64,000 bases of DNA, taken from assembly GCA_038087875.1 (NCBI GenBank), contig CM075998.1, positions 7,132,001-7,196,000 on the forward strand. Reading direction: 5' to 3'. Each line of letters starts with the position of its first letter. The first letter of the stretch is position 1. Below the pieces are notes generated by a model that was given only the letters and a program-made list of their open reading frames with translations, ran no database searches and was not told the DNA's origin. The position numbers and the translations under genes were made by a program. This DNA comes from Malacoraja senta. Lineage: Eukaryota. Below are positions 1 to 12,525 of this stretch, piece by piece.

Positions 1-79
1 CCCGGACCCCGGGTCACTGGCCCTCACCTCCCCGGACCCCCGGGTCACTGACCCTCACCTCCCCCGGACCCACATGCCA

Positions 80-230
80 CAGTTGGGAAAAGGGGAAGTA
101 CAACGGGATCTGGGGGTCCTTGTTCATCAGTCTATGAAAGTAAGCATGCAAGTACAGCAGGCAGTGAAGAAAGCGAATGGCATGTTGGCCTTCATAACAA
201 GAGGAGTTGAGTATAGGAGCAAAGCAGGGA
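80..230 (+). mobile_element. CR1-clade LINE ORF2 fragment
   Basis: Translates to GKGEVQRDLGVLVHQSMKVSMQVQQAVKKANGMLAFITRGVEYRSK, near-identical to the CR1 copy at 45199-45400. Confidence 0.85.
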
Positions 231-804
231 CGTGCAGTCAGGGGAGGCAGGGGAGGCAGAGCCTCACCTGTCATACTCCCAATGAATATAGCTGTTAAGA
301 AAAGTCAAGACAAGTAATAATAAAATAAAATAAATATAGAGATTTTTCCACTGATCTGTTATAAATGTCATTTCTATATGAATCTAATCTTTTATTTTGT
401 TCAAATTCGCAAAATTTTCGCAGCTCCGCCGCAAATACAGGGAGAGATGAGACATGAGGCAGCGACGAGCTGAGCCTCCCCTCTGATTGTGCAACCCCTC
501 AGAAACTGCATGGAGTGCGGAAATAAGCGTATGCCTGTTACTATCTCTCTGTATGTCACCAATGTAATGTGTGTAAACCCCTTCATTACATGTCCTCACC
601 TTCCATAGTCCAGGCAACTTATTTCACATGGAAAATATATTACACTTGTGCTCGCTGGTCTCATCATAAAACTGCAATGAAAAAGCACCAAGGGAGGCAG
701 CGATCACATCTGCCTCACAAGGGGGCGTGTCTTGAGCCCAGTGGAGGAAGAGTGAGCGTTTAGTGGATGAAGAGACGACGATCGGTTTTCTTGAACAATA
801 TTTA

Positions 805-3800
805 TTACGGGTCACGTCTGCGCGGCTTTCCCCCAGAAACCGAGGTACGGAAACGCACCGGTAGCCGAACCGTACGACCTGAACGCGTAGTCCTCAAACG
901 GGGAACGGGCGTAACAGCAGGGACCGGCAAAACAGAACCGGGGGGACGTGAAAACCGTGAACGAGGGGCGGGCGTAACAACGGGGACTGGTGAAACAAAA
1001 CCGGGAACAACAGGGGCAGAAGACGACAGAACGGCCGGTGGACGGCCCCTATGCCGCGGAGTGGCCACCGTCACCGGGCTGTCCTCGTCCACGTGTGCTG
1101 GCTTAAGGCGACTGATGGAGACAAACTCCTCCCTGCCACCTACGTTCAACGTGAATGTTGAGGTACCAGTCCTCAGCACCTTGAACGGCCCATCGTAAAC
1201 CCGCTGTAACGGCGAACGGTGAGCGTCCCTACGAATGAAAACATAAGCACGATCCTGTAATGACACCGGTATATGCACCGAAGCCGACCCATGTCTGGAG
1301 GTGGGAACCGGGACTAACGCGCGCACCCGCATGCGAAGGTCGGCCAGTACCGCCGAAACTGGAACCTCCAGATCTCGGTTGGCTGGTAGAAAATCCCCAG
1401 GTACCCGCAAAGTCGAGCCATAGACGAGCTCGGCCGAGGAGGCGTCCAGGTCCTCCTTAGGTGTGATTCTGATGCCTAGAAGGACCCAGGGCAACAGGTC
1501 AACCCAATCGGGGCTGGTGAGCCGAGCCTTCAACGCTGACTTAAGGTTCCTGTGGAAACGCTCAACTAAACCATTCGCCTCCGGATGATAAGCGGATGTC
1601 TGATGTAGACGGGCGCCATATAGCTGCGCCAAACCGCACCACAGGGACGAGGTAAACTGAGCCCCACGGTCGGTGGTGATGTCGGACGGGACCCCGAGAC
1701 GAGCGATCCAGTGAGAAACGATGGCCCGGGCGCAAGCCTCAGCGGAGGTATCTGACAACGGGATTGCCTCCGCCCACCTGGTAAACCTATCCATTATAGT
1801 AAGCAGGTGCGTGGCCCCGCGTGAACATGGTAATAGTCCGACCAGGTCAACATGGATATGCAGAAACCGTCAGGCACAGCGAAATCCTGGATTGGCGGCC
1901 GCACATGTCGCTGTGCCTTGGAAGTCTGACATGGGATACAGCACGGGCCCTGCTTCCGTAACCCGTACCAGACAAACCAGGACGCTACCAGGGCGGAAGT
2001 GGCACGAATGGACGGGTGGGCCAGTCTATGAACAGTGTCAAAAATCCGCCGCCTCCAATCGGCCGGGTTAACCGGACGGGCCTTACCCATGGAGACATCG
2101 CAAAGCACCCGCATGCCTGTGGCTCCGCAAGGTATCTTGGCTCGCTTAAGGCCAGAATTAGTGTTGCGGTAATCTGCCATGCCAGCGTCGGCCCACTGGG
2201 CCACCTCCAGCTGGACGTAGACCAACCCCAGGTCCAGGGCCGAAACTGCTGGAACGGCCGGACGGGACAACCACAACGGGCCACAACGTTCAGCTTCCCC
2301 GCCACATGTCGAATGTCAGACGTGAATTAGGATATGTAGGCGAGGTGCCGCTGTTGCCTGGCAGACCACGAGCCTGCTATCTTGCCTAACGTGAATGTGT
2401 GCGGCTTGTGGTCCGTGAAGGTGGTGAACGCTCGGCCCACGAGGAAATAGCGGAAATGCCTGATCGCTAGGTAGAGCGCGAGGAGTTCCCTGTCGAATGC
2501 GCTGTACTTACATTCTGGGGGCCGAAGCTGCCGGCTGAAAAACGCCAGTGGCTGCCAGCGGTTGCCGACCCGCTGCTCCAGAACAGCACCCACCGCGATG
2601 TCTGAAGCGTCAACGGTGAGAGCTGTGGGAGCAGATGCCCTCGGGTGCACCAGCATAGTGGCGTTCGCTAACGCAGCTTTAGCTCCTTTAAAAGCCACGT
2701 CCGCTATGTCTGACCAAACCAGATCCCGCGGTTTACCCGCAAGGCACTGGACCAGTGGCCGCATGACCGCGGCTGCGGACAGTACGAATCGGTGGTAAAA
2801 ATGACCATCCCGATGAATTCTTGAAGGCCCTTGACCATCAGCGGCCGAGGGAAACGGCGGATGGCGTCGACTTTCTCGGGCAGCGGCTGGGCGCCTTGGG
2901 GGGAGACCTTGTGCCCTAAGAAAGAAATGGAGCGCAATCCGAACTGGCACTTCGCAGGGTTAATCACCAAACCGTGTTCACACAACCGCTCAAACAAAAC
3001 GCGAAGGTGCTTAATGTGGTCCGCCTGCGAAACGCTGCCCACCACAATATCATCCAGGTAGATGAAAACGAACGGTAAAACCCGCCCGACCTGATCCATG
3101 AGCCGTTGGAACGCTTGAGCTGCGTTCTTCAGGCCGAACAGCATTCTGAACCACTCAAAAAGGCCAAACAGGGTGATGGTGGCTGTCTTAGGGACATTGT
3201 CGGGATGGACTGGAATTTGGTTATAACCCCGGAACAGATCGACATTCGATTAGAAAGTTGCACCCTCTAGATGTGCTGAGAAATCCTGACTATGGGGCAC
3301 TGGATCTGCTGTGGTCACAGCGTTTAATCGTCTGTAATCACCGCAAGGTCTCCAGCCTCCGGACGCCTTAGGCACCATATCAAGCAGAGAAGCCCAAGGG
3401 CTATCCGACCTTCATACAATGACCATGTTCACCATCAGTTGGAATTCGTCTCGGGCGATGCGCAGCTTGTCGGGCGATGCGCAGCTTGTCGGGCGATGCG
3501 CAGCTTGTCGCGCGGGCGTGTACTGGAGGGCCCTCGGTGGATATGTGATGGACCACACTGTGACGTTGAAACGGGGCGTGAGCAGCTCAGGGAACTCGGC
3601 TAACAGAGCTGCGAAAGGCTCTTGGACCACCGCTACATCGTCGGGTTGCTGCTGGGGTTTTAACGGGTTGCGTGGCTCGGCAGGGCGGAGGTCCGACAAC
3701 GGGACCATCCGACTGCGCCGTACATCAACGAGGAGGGAGAACGCGTGCACGAAATCTGCCCCCAAAATCGGCTGGTGACGTCAGCAACGATAAACTTCCA

Positions 3801-4690
3801 CCTCTACTGGTGGGAGTCGAAATCTAAGTCAAGGGTCCACGGACCGTACGTTCGGATGTCGCTCCCGTTAACGGCCGAGAGGACGGGTCCTACCTTACCG
3901 ACGCGGGTATCATGGGCAGTTGGCAGCAGGATGCTGGCGATGGCACCGGAATCGATGAGGAAACGGCGGCCGGAGTGTAGGTCACAGACGTAGAGGCGTT
4001 AGTTTAGGTCGATCGCGGTCGCCTCTACGAGCGACCGGCCGAGGCATTTCCCTGAAACGAGCAGGGGCTTCGGCAACGTCGGGCTTCTGCGCCGTAACGC
4101 AGGTGATAGTAGCACCAACATCGTCTGCTTAACACATCCGGCTGCTGCGGCAGATCCTCAGAGGTGGCCGACGAGTGGCCTTCCTCTCAATGCCTCCTCG
4201 ACTGCACCCTAGCAGTGGCGACTGGGCGGCTGAACGAGCAAAACGTCTCGCCGCCCGGTGGTCCATAACTCGTCAGCTCTTTCTGCGAGCTGCTGAGGGT
4301 CGCTGAAGTCGGCTCCCGCTAGCATCAACCGGACCTCATGTGGCATCTGCTCAAGGAACGCCAGCTCGAATAGCAAACATGGTCGATGCCCGTCCATCAG
4401 GATCAACATCTTCGCCATGATGGTGGAGGGACGTCGATCAACGATCCCTTCCATATGCAGGATCTTCGCCACCCGATCGCGACGGCTTAAACCAAACGTA
4501 TGCAGCAACAGAGCCTTGAGGCCCTCATACTTGGCTGCCACCGGTGGATCTCTCAGGTACGGCAGCAACCTCGAGGCCGACTCTTGCGGCAGGGTACCGA
4601 GGACGTGGAAAGACCGAGTCTCATCTGCGATTAAGGTGGAACTGAGCCTCCACGTGGGCGAACCAAATTTGAGGCCTGTTCGCAGAATTT
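805..4690 (-). mobile_element. Decayed Ty3/Gypsy LTR retrotransposon internal region (gag-PR-RT-RNaseH-IN), frameshifted, 5' truncated
   Basis: Gag-like WFAHVEAQF..KYEGLKALLL (~4209-4690); protease FLIDSGA-like (~3780-4000); RT FGLKNAAQAFQR..YLDDI (2704-3144); RNase H LTVDASDIAVGAVLEQ..YSAFDRELLA (2327-2790); integrase DRFTRWAEAIP..TTDRGAQFTS..YHPEANGLVERFH..YDGPFKV (805-1794); PPT-like TCTGGGGGAAAG near 826-837. No paired LTR found. Confidence 0.93.
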
Positions 4691-4919
4691 CTCACGCTCT
4701 GTTGTGAGACATTCTGTGATCAATGAGAATTTCAAAACTAATACCAACTGCTTGTGTGCACGTCTGTTGACAAGACAGCAGCATCCTTATTCTCTCTGTT
4801 ATTTTCACTTGACCTACAACCGTCACACACCTCCAAAGCATGTCCCCATGTACATTTACATTGAAAGACACGGACCAGGCAGTGAATGAGTGTCACCCAG
4901 CACAGCAAGTAAGGCCATG

Positions 4920-5547
4920 TCTTTGGATTTGAGTATAGGAGTAGGGGGGTTCTACTGCAGTTGTACAGGGTCTTGGTGAGACCACACCTGGAGTATTCTG
5001 TACAGTTTTGGTCTCCTAATCTGAGGAAAGACATTCTTGCCATAGAGGGAGTATAGAGAAGGTTCACCAGACTGATTCCTGGGATGTCAGGACTTTCATA
5101 TGAAGAAAGACTGGATAGACTCGGTTTGTACTCGCTAGAATTTAGAAGATTGAGGGGGGATCTTATAGAAACGTACAAAATTCTTAAGGGGTTGGACAGG
5201 CTAGATGCAGGAAGATTGTTCCCGATGTTGGGGAAGTCCAGAACAAGGGGTCACAGTTTAAGGATAAGGGGGAAATCTTTTAGGACCGAGATGAGGAAAA
5301 CATTTTTCACACAGAGAGTGGTGAATCTCTGGAATTCTCTGCCACAGAAGGTAGTTGAGGCCAGTTCATTGGCTATATTTAAGAGGGAGTTAGATGTGGC
5401 CCTTGTGGCTAAAGGGATCAGGGGGTATGGAGAGAAAGCAGGTACAGGATACTGAGTTGGATGATCAGCCATGATCATATTGAATGGCGGTGCAGGCTCG
5501 AAGGGCCGAATGGCCTACTCCTGCACCTATTTTCTATGTTTCTATGT
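4920..5547 (+). mobile_element. CR1/HER1-like LINE 3' end
   Basis: ORF 5084-5455 (YEERLDRLGLYSLEFRRLRGDLIETYKI..FFTQRVVNLWNSLP), then a 3' UTR ending in (TTTCTATG)n. Confidence 0.92.
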
Positions 5548-5629
5548 CCTGCTCCCGGGGGCAGTCGGAATTTAAGTATTTGCGGGAAGCGGCTGAAATG
5601 AGCAAGGCCGGCGAGCGGCAGGAGGGAGG

Positions 5630-7323
5630 TGTTCAGACGGAGTGCACTGCCAGATGTGAGCAGGGAACTGGGGCCAGTTGTCCGTGATGTCCGGATCTCA
5701 ATGCTCAGCGCTTCGTGTTTCGGAGTTGGCTAATGTTATTGATTTGCAATTTGCCTGATTTGTAATTAGTTGACAAAACCTTAATTTAGTAATCCGGAAT
5801 ATCCAGGGGGATGGGATAAGTGTAATATTAAAATGACACGCGAGGTGTCAGGCTGTCTGTCACAACATACAGCCCCGATAACCCATTATTTCCTTCAGTT
5901 AATTATTGGGAAGGTAGCACTATTGTCATTTGCCACTCAATTATTATGTTTGTTTACCTCACTGACTATTTCTAACCCCCCCCCCAATTCATTTGACAGG
6001 TTGAATAGAAAGGTCCCCAATCCTGTTGTTTTATTAATTCAACACGTAGATGAACATCCTCAAGGAGTGTAATCAGATGGAAACTGATTCCGATGCGATG
6101 TTTAAGAGCTTGTTCAAAGAAGGGGCATATTTTAAAGGAATGACAGAGATACTTGCTGGGGAATGTGTGAGGAGATTATTATTTGTCTTTAGTTTTAGCT
6201 TGAACCGGGACATCTGAAGATTCAAAGTTTGATATAGTAATTGTGCTGATACTGACTCCAACCAACCACGTAATGAATATCATCCATTCCGGAGGTTTTA
6301 TTTTTCTGGTGTCATTTAGACTTCACTTGGGTATCAATCACTTCAATGTAAAAGTAATTGGGAATGGGGAGCAATGGAACAAAAATTTGCCCTCGGTACA
6401 TATTAACTGTAATATAATAATGTATGTATGTTGGTAGGTGCAATCAAAACAGATATATTTTTATCATTGTTGTGTTATGAATACCACAGAAAATATTATG
6501 TACTCTCAAGATCACATTTAATAGAATAATATTGCTTAAATATATAGTTATTGGAAAAGTCCCAGCTGAGAGGAAGACAGCAAAACACTGAAGATATCGG
6601 GGGTGAAAATGACTTCAGGACAGTTTGTTAGGAAAATGAAGGAAATGGTAACAGAATACTTATACTGCTGAGTGAGTATAAATTTATGGATGAGAAATTG
6701 TGTTCAACCAATTGATGACTTGTTTGACAAAGTAACTAGCATGTTAGATAACAAGGAAGCCAATGGATATAGCAAATTATGTTGTACAAAATTTGGTCCG
6801 TGAAGTGCCCCATAAAAGATTACCACATTAGATAAGCACCTGTGGACTTGAACGTTTAAGAAAGAACTGCAGATGCTGGAAAAATCGAAGGTAGACAAAA
6901 ATGCTGGAGAAACTCAGCGGGTGAGGCAGCATCTATGGAGCAAAGGAATAGGTGATGTTTCGGGTCGAGAAACTTCTTCAGAATTGAATGTAATAGGTCA
7001 AGTCCAGGGGTCAGATATGGGGCTTTATGTTGGACCAGATATATTGCCAGTGCAGAGGGGCTAGGAGCAAGGCCAAGTGTACATCGAGAGACAAGGTCTG
7101 AAATAGTACTAGGTGTGCAGTCAACGATGGGGCAATGGGAGTGTTCAGCATTGGGAACCTAAGCAGGTAAGCAGCTATGATCAGGGTAGAATAGGGGGCC
7201 AGATGTAAGGCTGGACTCAGGGTCAAGAATGAGAGAAGGTATGCAACTGGAGTCAGGGTCAGGAGTAGTACCAGGTGTGCAGTGAGACCCAGGTTGGTCA
7301 ACATGGGCCAAGTGCTTGATTAT
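5630..7323 (+). repeat. Segmental duplication copy A (continues at 12688-12803 after the LTR insertion); inverted paralogue at ~40018-41890
   Basis: Direct sequence match to the reverse complement of 40143-41890. ORFs 6243-6437(+) and 40887-41081(-) differ at only 3 of 64 residues. Confidence 0.92.
6853..6983 (-). mobile_element. Short Penelope-terminus-derived insertion with degenerate hammerhead motif
   Basis: Absent from the paralogue (~40470); flanked by TTGAA at 6848-6852 and 6984-6988; matches the terminus of the Penelope element at 51285-51380. Confidence 0.8.
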
Positions 7324-7484
7324 TGTGATGTATGTAATACAATTAGCATATGTTATGTCTTGTGCAAGGGGACGCATGCGCTGGGGGAGACTCAAGGTGG
7401 CTTCCTAGAATAAAGAAGCTTGTCAGTTTACTCCTGTATCTGAGAGTTCTTTTGAGTCAGTTCCAAGCACCCAAATACACTACA
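7324..7484 (+). repeat. 5' LTR (161 bp)
   Basis: TGTGATGTATG...AATAAA...AATACACTACA; near-identical to 12526-12687. Confidence 0.93.
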
Positions 7485-7486
7485 AT

Positions 7487-7504
7487 TGGCGACGAGGATG
7501 GGAT
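7487..7504 (+). promoter_or_regulatory. Primer-binding site complementary to the tRNA-Ser(GCU) 3' end
   Basis: TGGCGACGAGGATGGGAT is the reverse complement of ATCCCATCCTCGTCG-CCA (recalled vertebrate tRNA-Ser GCT 3' end); starts 2 nt after the LTR. Confidence 0.85.
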
Positions 7505-8229
7505 AGCGTTTTCTGTACTTACCCGCAGGACTGTTTTGCAACAAGCAGGATTGTTTAATGGTTTAAACAGCGGATACGGAGTTGTGTCGCAGTTGTTTGC
7601 GAGCTAGACATCAGAGGCCTGCAGATCCCTCTATGCCGGGGACTGTAATTTAAAACATCAGCTGTACAAGTCGGCGAGTTTTGTAAGGCTATCTCTATGT
7701 TGTGTCTGCGTGGCAAGATGTCGTCCTTCGGATTGTTACACATTTTAGACTGAGTTTTTTTTTGTCGAGTTCCTCAAGCTGAATAATCTTTGTACAGCTA
7801 AGTTTTAGGTGAATTGTTACCACAGAACACACAACAAGGATAATGAGGCAACGAGGATAAAAGAACAGAAAAGAACAAAGAAGGGCTGTCAAGAGAGAAA
7901 AAAACCCAAGTTAAAAAGAAGTTGTGTTTTGAAACAAAGTGGAACGGCACCAAGCAAAAAGAAAAGAAAGGTCGGAACAGGAAGCAAGGAAAACAAGTGG
8001 GGCAGTAAGTGTCACCGAAGAACGCAGCCGAAAACTGGAAGCCTAACCAGCAGGACATCGATGGTGTCAACTTACCTGGAACGTTTTCCAGGGTCGTGCA
8101 GCCACGGCAAAGGGGCAGAAAAGGCCCAGCAGCTGCCACCGACTTCGGGTGAGTTCCAGGGCCGTGTAGCCCATAGCCAGGCCCAGGAGCCGCCACCGAC
8201 GTCGAGTGAGGGCCTAGTATATGGGTAGG

Positions 8230-8780
8230 TCACGGACAGGTCCAGAGAAGCACCGACAGAAGCTGAGTCTACAGCCCGGCCGGCAGAAGAGTTAGCGCGG
8301 TCGAGGGAGGAGGCCAGCCGCGTGAGAAGCGGACCAGCAGAGTAAAAAAAAACTGGCCGTGAGAGAAAGCCCGGTCGTGAGAGAAAGCCCGGTCGCAGGA
8401 GACGACCGCGAGCAGAGAAAGCCCGGTCAGGAGCAGAGTCAGCCCGACCGTGAGCAGAAAAGCGGACAGGCCCGCGAAAGAAGCAGAGAGCCGTGAAAGC
8501 CCAGTCGCAAGGGACGGCCCAGAGCGGGGAAAGCCCGGACGTGAGAGGAAGTGGGTCCGCGGGAGAGAAGCGGGACACAGGAGTCAAGCACTTCGGCCGG
8601 TCGGGAGCAGAGTCAGCCTGGTCGGGGGAGAAAGCGGAGAAAGCCCGGTCGCGGGAGATGGCCGAAAGCAGAGAAAGCCCGGTCGCAAGAGACGGCCGTG
8701 AGCAGAGAAAGCCTGCCACGAGAGAGGCACAGTCCCGACGCTTGGAGCAGCGGGGACCAGCAGCAGAAACCAGGAGCGAC
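8230..8780 (+). repeat. Degenerate GC-rich tandem repeat (GAGAAAGCCCGGTCG core) inside the LTR element
   Basis: Repeated agagaaagcccggtcg / agcagagtcagccc units. Confidence 0.7.
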
Positions 8781-9529
8781 TAAAACCCGTTACACTGTGC
8801 GAGTTGACCCACGAGTGACCCCGAGTTTAAAACAAATTTAACTCGTGGTAATCACGTACAATTAACGTAGCGGGAACGTCGGAACTCGTGGACGCAACTT
8901 AGCGACTCGTGGCGCTAACGGCAGGTCCCCGTGAAACTTGTTAACTCTTGAAAAAGTTCAAACATGTTTGACCTTTTCCACGAGTAAAATGTACTCTTGA
9001 GGTTAAAATTTGAAACATTTCAACTCGTTGTAAGAACGTAGTGGCCCGTGCGTTTACCTTTGTGACTCGTGAGTCTACCGTGGGAACTCTTTTTAGAAAC
9101 AATAATCAGGGACAGAAATATCAGTTACTTAGACTTTTTAAAGACAAATTCTGCTTAACAAAGTAAACGTTATTGATAAGGTGACAGAGTGGGTTGAAAA
9201 GAAAAAATTGCTTGAAGTTTATATATAGATTTTGTGTATTTGGGACTGAGCTCACAACCTTAAGACAAACCAGTATTGAGGAACAACGTGAGAACATTTT
9301 ATGACACTTCATGGCAGCCTAATCTGAGGTTTGCCAGTCACGTCCAGAAGCCATCTCTACCAGTGCTGTTGAAGAAGACAGGGTTGTGTTCACCTCTCCT
9401 GCACCCCTGTTCCGTAGGACAACACCAACTCTTTCATTATGCGGATGTTAAAGGCTGGGTTTTATTCTCAAGCCATGATGCCAGATTCCCGATCTCTTTA
9501 CTGAACTTTACTGAATCAAAGGGTTCTAT

Positions 9530-9850
9530 ATGAGGTGCTGCCTCAAAAAGGCAGCCAGCATTGTCATGGACCCACACTACCCTGGCCATGCTCTCATTTC
9601 ATTCCTGCTGGGCAGAAGGTATAAGAATCTGAAAACCATGACCTCCAGGTTCAAGAACAGCTTCTTCCCAACAACCATCGGGCTCTTGAACGCTACAAAT
9701 GCTAACTAAACTATGAACTACAAACTGCCTTGGTTGCGCTAAGGACTTTGGGATTTTTGCAATAATACTGGATTTTAAAATATATATTTTCTTTGTTTAG
9801 TATATTATCTATGTATTTTGTTTACTGGCCTGTTATGCTGCTGCAAGTGG
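9530..9850 (+). mobile_element. Rex1/Babar-type LINE 3' fragment nested in the LTR element
   Basis: Translates to RCCLKKAASIVMDPHYPGHAL..GRRYKNLKTMTSRFKNSFFPTTIGLLN, a typical Rex/Babar ORF C-terminus. Confidence 0.7.
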
Positions 9851-10796
9851 GAACTCTTTAACAGCGGGCAGGCAGCATCTCTGGAGAGAAGGAATGGGTG
9901 ATGGGATGACATTTCCAAATTGGGGGAGGGGGGGTGAGGGGGTGGGGTGGAGGAGAGGGGGTGGAGAGTGGAGGGAGAGGAGGGGGAGACAGATGGGGCT
10001 GTCTTCATTCACTGGCTGCGGGTGCCTGTCACTGAAACAGGTAGGTGAGATTTCACATCCACCTTGTGTGTGTGTGTCTCTCTCTCTCTCCCTCCCTCCC
10101 TCTCACACAGGCTGAGAGACTCTGCCTCTGTGAGTGTACGTCCATTTCTCCCCCTCTCCCTGGGCTCTATACGCTCATTGTTTCCTATGAGAGACTTTGA
10201 AAAATAAGAATCACATTTCACACATTGATTTTATGACTTTTAATTCTTAACATGACCATAATCACAATCTTTTACCCGATGGCAAATAAGATCCCAAAGT
10301 GCAGTGTTAAAGTGCTAATGTTCCCGGGGAACATGAAATATTGTTACACAAATTCTGAGATGTAATAATTGATTAGTGATAATGCCAGTAATATTGCGAG
10401 TGCCAACAGTATGTCGATCTCACAATATTACTGGTATGATCACGAACCCGGAGACGACGGTATCCCGGCTGGAGTTTTACAACTTGGCACAGATTCATAT
10501 CATGATCCTACCCCCCCCCCCCATCCCCCATAAATTGGGATGAGGCGGACATGGTATTGATATTGGGTTATTTTGTCACCTGAATTTTGAAATAAAGCCG
10601 TACATAAGTGCAATAAATAGCTAGCGCAAAGAGAAAAAAATACCAGCGTGCAGATACAACACAACAAAGTTTCGAGTTTTTTTGTCCAAGAGCTATAATG
10701 GGGTATATCAGGAGATCAGGACTTCAGTTATGAGAAGATAGACACAAAATGCTGGACTCAGCGAGACAGGCAGCATCTCTGGAGAGAAAGAATGGG

Positions 10797-11725
10797 TATG
10801 AAGGTACAGAGAGAGATCCGGTACAAACAGAAGGCAGCAACAGTAATACAAGCAGCATTATAGGGCACACCTTCAAATGGAAAGTGATCACAATACTTAC
10901 ATGAAGGGACGGAGAAGCGTTGTACTGCTTCAGGCTGCCTACCGAGGAATGCTTGTTCGAAAGCAATTGCGGTGCATGCACAAATCTGCCAAGGTCATAC
11001 AGACTTATTATCAGATGCAAAAACAGCGTCAGTATTTCAAGAAACTATGCTGGTCTGCCATTGCAGTACAGCAACGATACAGAGCATGCCAGATAAGAAA
11101 TGTCCAAGTGAGACATTATAATAGTTTGAGAAAAGCAGTGGTTTGTATTCAGGCTTTCTACCGTAGGATTAAAGCCAGAGAATTGGTTGAGAAAATCAGG
11201 CAGCACGCCATATTAAGTCATTCATAAGAATGTGCATTACAAGAAAGCATTTCTTGATGCGAAAGGCGGCTGTAGTCACTCTGCAAGCTGAATACCGTGG
11301 TTACCGATTAAGGGTACGCTACAAAGCTGTGCTTCAAGCAGTCATTTCGATCCAGAGATGGTACAAAGCATGGAAAATAGGGCATTCCCAGTTTGTGCAA
11401 TATCAGTCAATGAGGTACGCAACTATTACCATACAGGCTGCCTACAAGAGTATGGTGGTTAGGCAGTGGGTTAAGCAAAAGAGGGCTACTGTAAAAGTGC
11501 TGTCAGTACTCCATATGAGTTGGTATAGGAAAGACCTAAGGAGACAAATTGATGCACAACAGAAAAGGCTCAAACGATACAAAAGGCTTAAACGATATAG
11601 GAAAGACTTCCTCAAACTGATTTATACAGCAGTTGTAGTGCATATGTAGTACCGTGCTTATGTAGTAAGAAAACTATACGGAGCGCAAATCAAAGCCACT
11701 GTTTGTATTGCAAAGACAATATAGA
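10797..11725 (+). pseudogene. ASPM: ASPM-like IQ-motif repeat exon fragment (frameshifts near 10855 and 11200; stop at 11647)
   Basis: Tandem IQ motifs LQAAYRGMLVRK, IQTYYQM, VQQRYRA, IQAFYRR, LQAEYRGY, IQRWYKA, IQAAYKSM with alternating long/short spacing like the large ASPM IQ exon. Confidence 0.8.
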
Positions 11726-12508
11726 TCCTACTTATTGATGAATAACCAGAAAGGTGATTTAAGAAGACAAATAGATGAACAACAGAAAAGGCTTAAACGA
11801 TACAAAGAACGGTTAAATAAATGTGTGACGATGAGCAAAAAAGCTGTTAATAGAAAAGTCTAAAGAAGAGAGGCTTGTCGGTCGAGACAAAAGTATGCAG
11901 GACCGATTGTGACTAGGACACTTCACTATAGTCCAGCATGGAGCTTCCTTCACTGAGCAATGGACAAATGGTTATGCATTGCAGAATGTTATTATACAAC
12001 AAGAGCAGATAAATACGCAGCGCCAGGAAATTGAGTGACAGGGGAAGCTGCTGAAAGATGAAAACCTGCAGTCATGTGTCAGATCCCACCGACAAATAAG
12101 GAACAGAAACAGAGGAAATGTTAACTTCAGCAGAATATCAGGAACAGGAAGAAATCTGCAAATTAGATTAGGATATTTAAAAAGGGAAGAGGCAGAGATA
12201 CAGGTAGAGCTAGAGTGATTAGAAAGAGTGTGCAATTTACACAGAAGGGAACGGAAAAGGATAACACATAAAGCAAGGGGTAATGTATTTGGTTTAAGGA
12301 AGATGAGTGGAATGAACCATTATAAGTGCTAAGTTTAGATACGATTATTACAGTTATGAGGATGTAATGTAAGATGACTGTAATAATATAATTTTGCAAC
12401 AGTGTGTTAATCAATTATATTTAATGTAATAGAAATGGTGTTATTCGCCTCCAAGCTAAAGGGGGAAGCAGTGTAATGTATATAATGTAAATGGTGTTAC
12501 CTACCTCC

Positions 12509-12525
12509 AAGTTAAAGGGGAGCAG
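12509..12525 (+). promoter_or_regulatory. Polypurine tract
   Basis: AAGTTAAAGGGGAGCAG immediately before the 3' LTR. Confidence 0.75.

Noticed and set aside
10797..11725. The authentic ASPM locus
   Set aside because: Frameshifted, no flanking ASPM exons (CH or ASH domains) in the window, and enclosed by LTRs.
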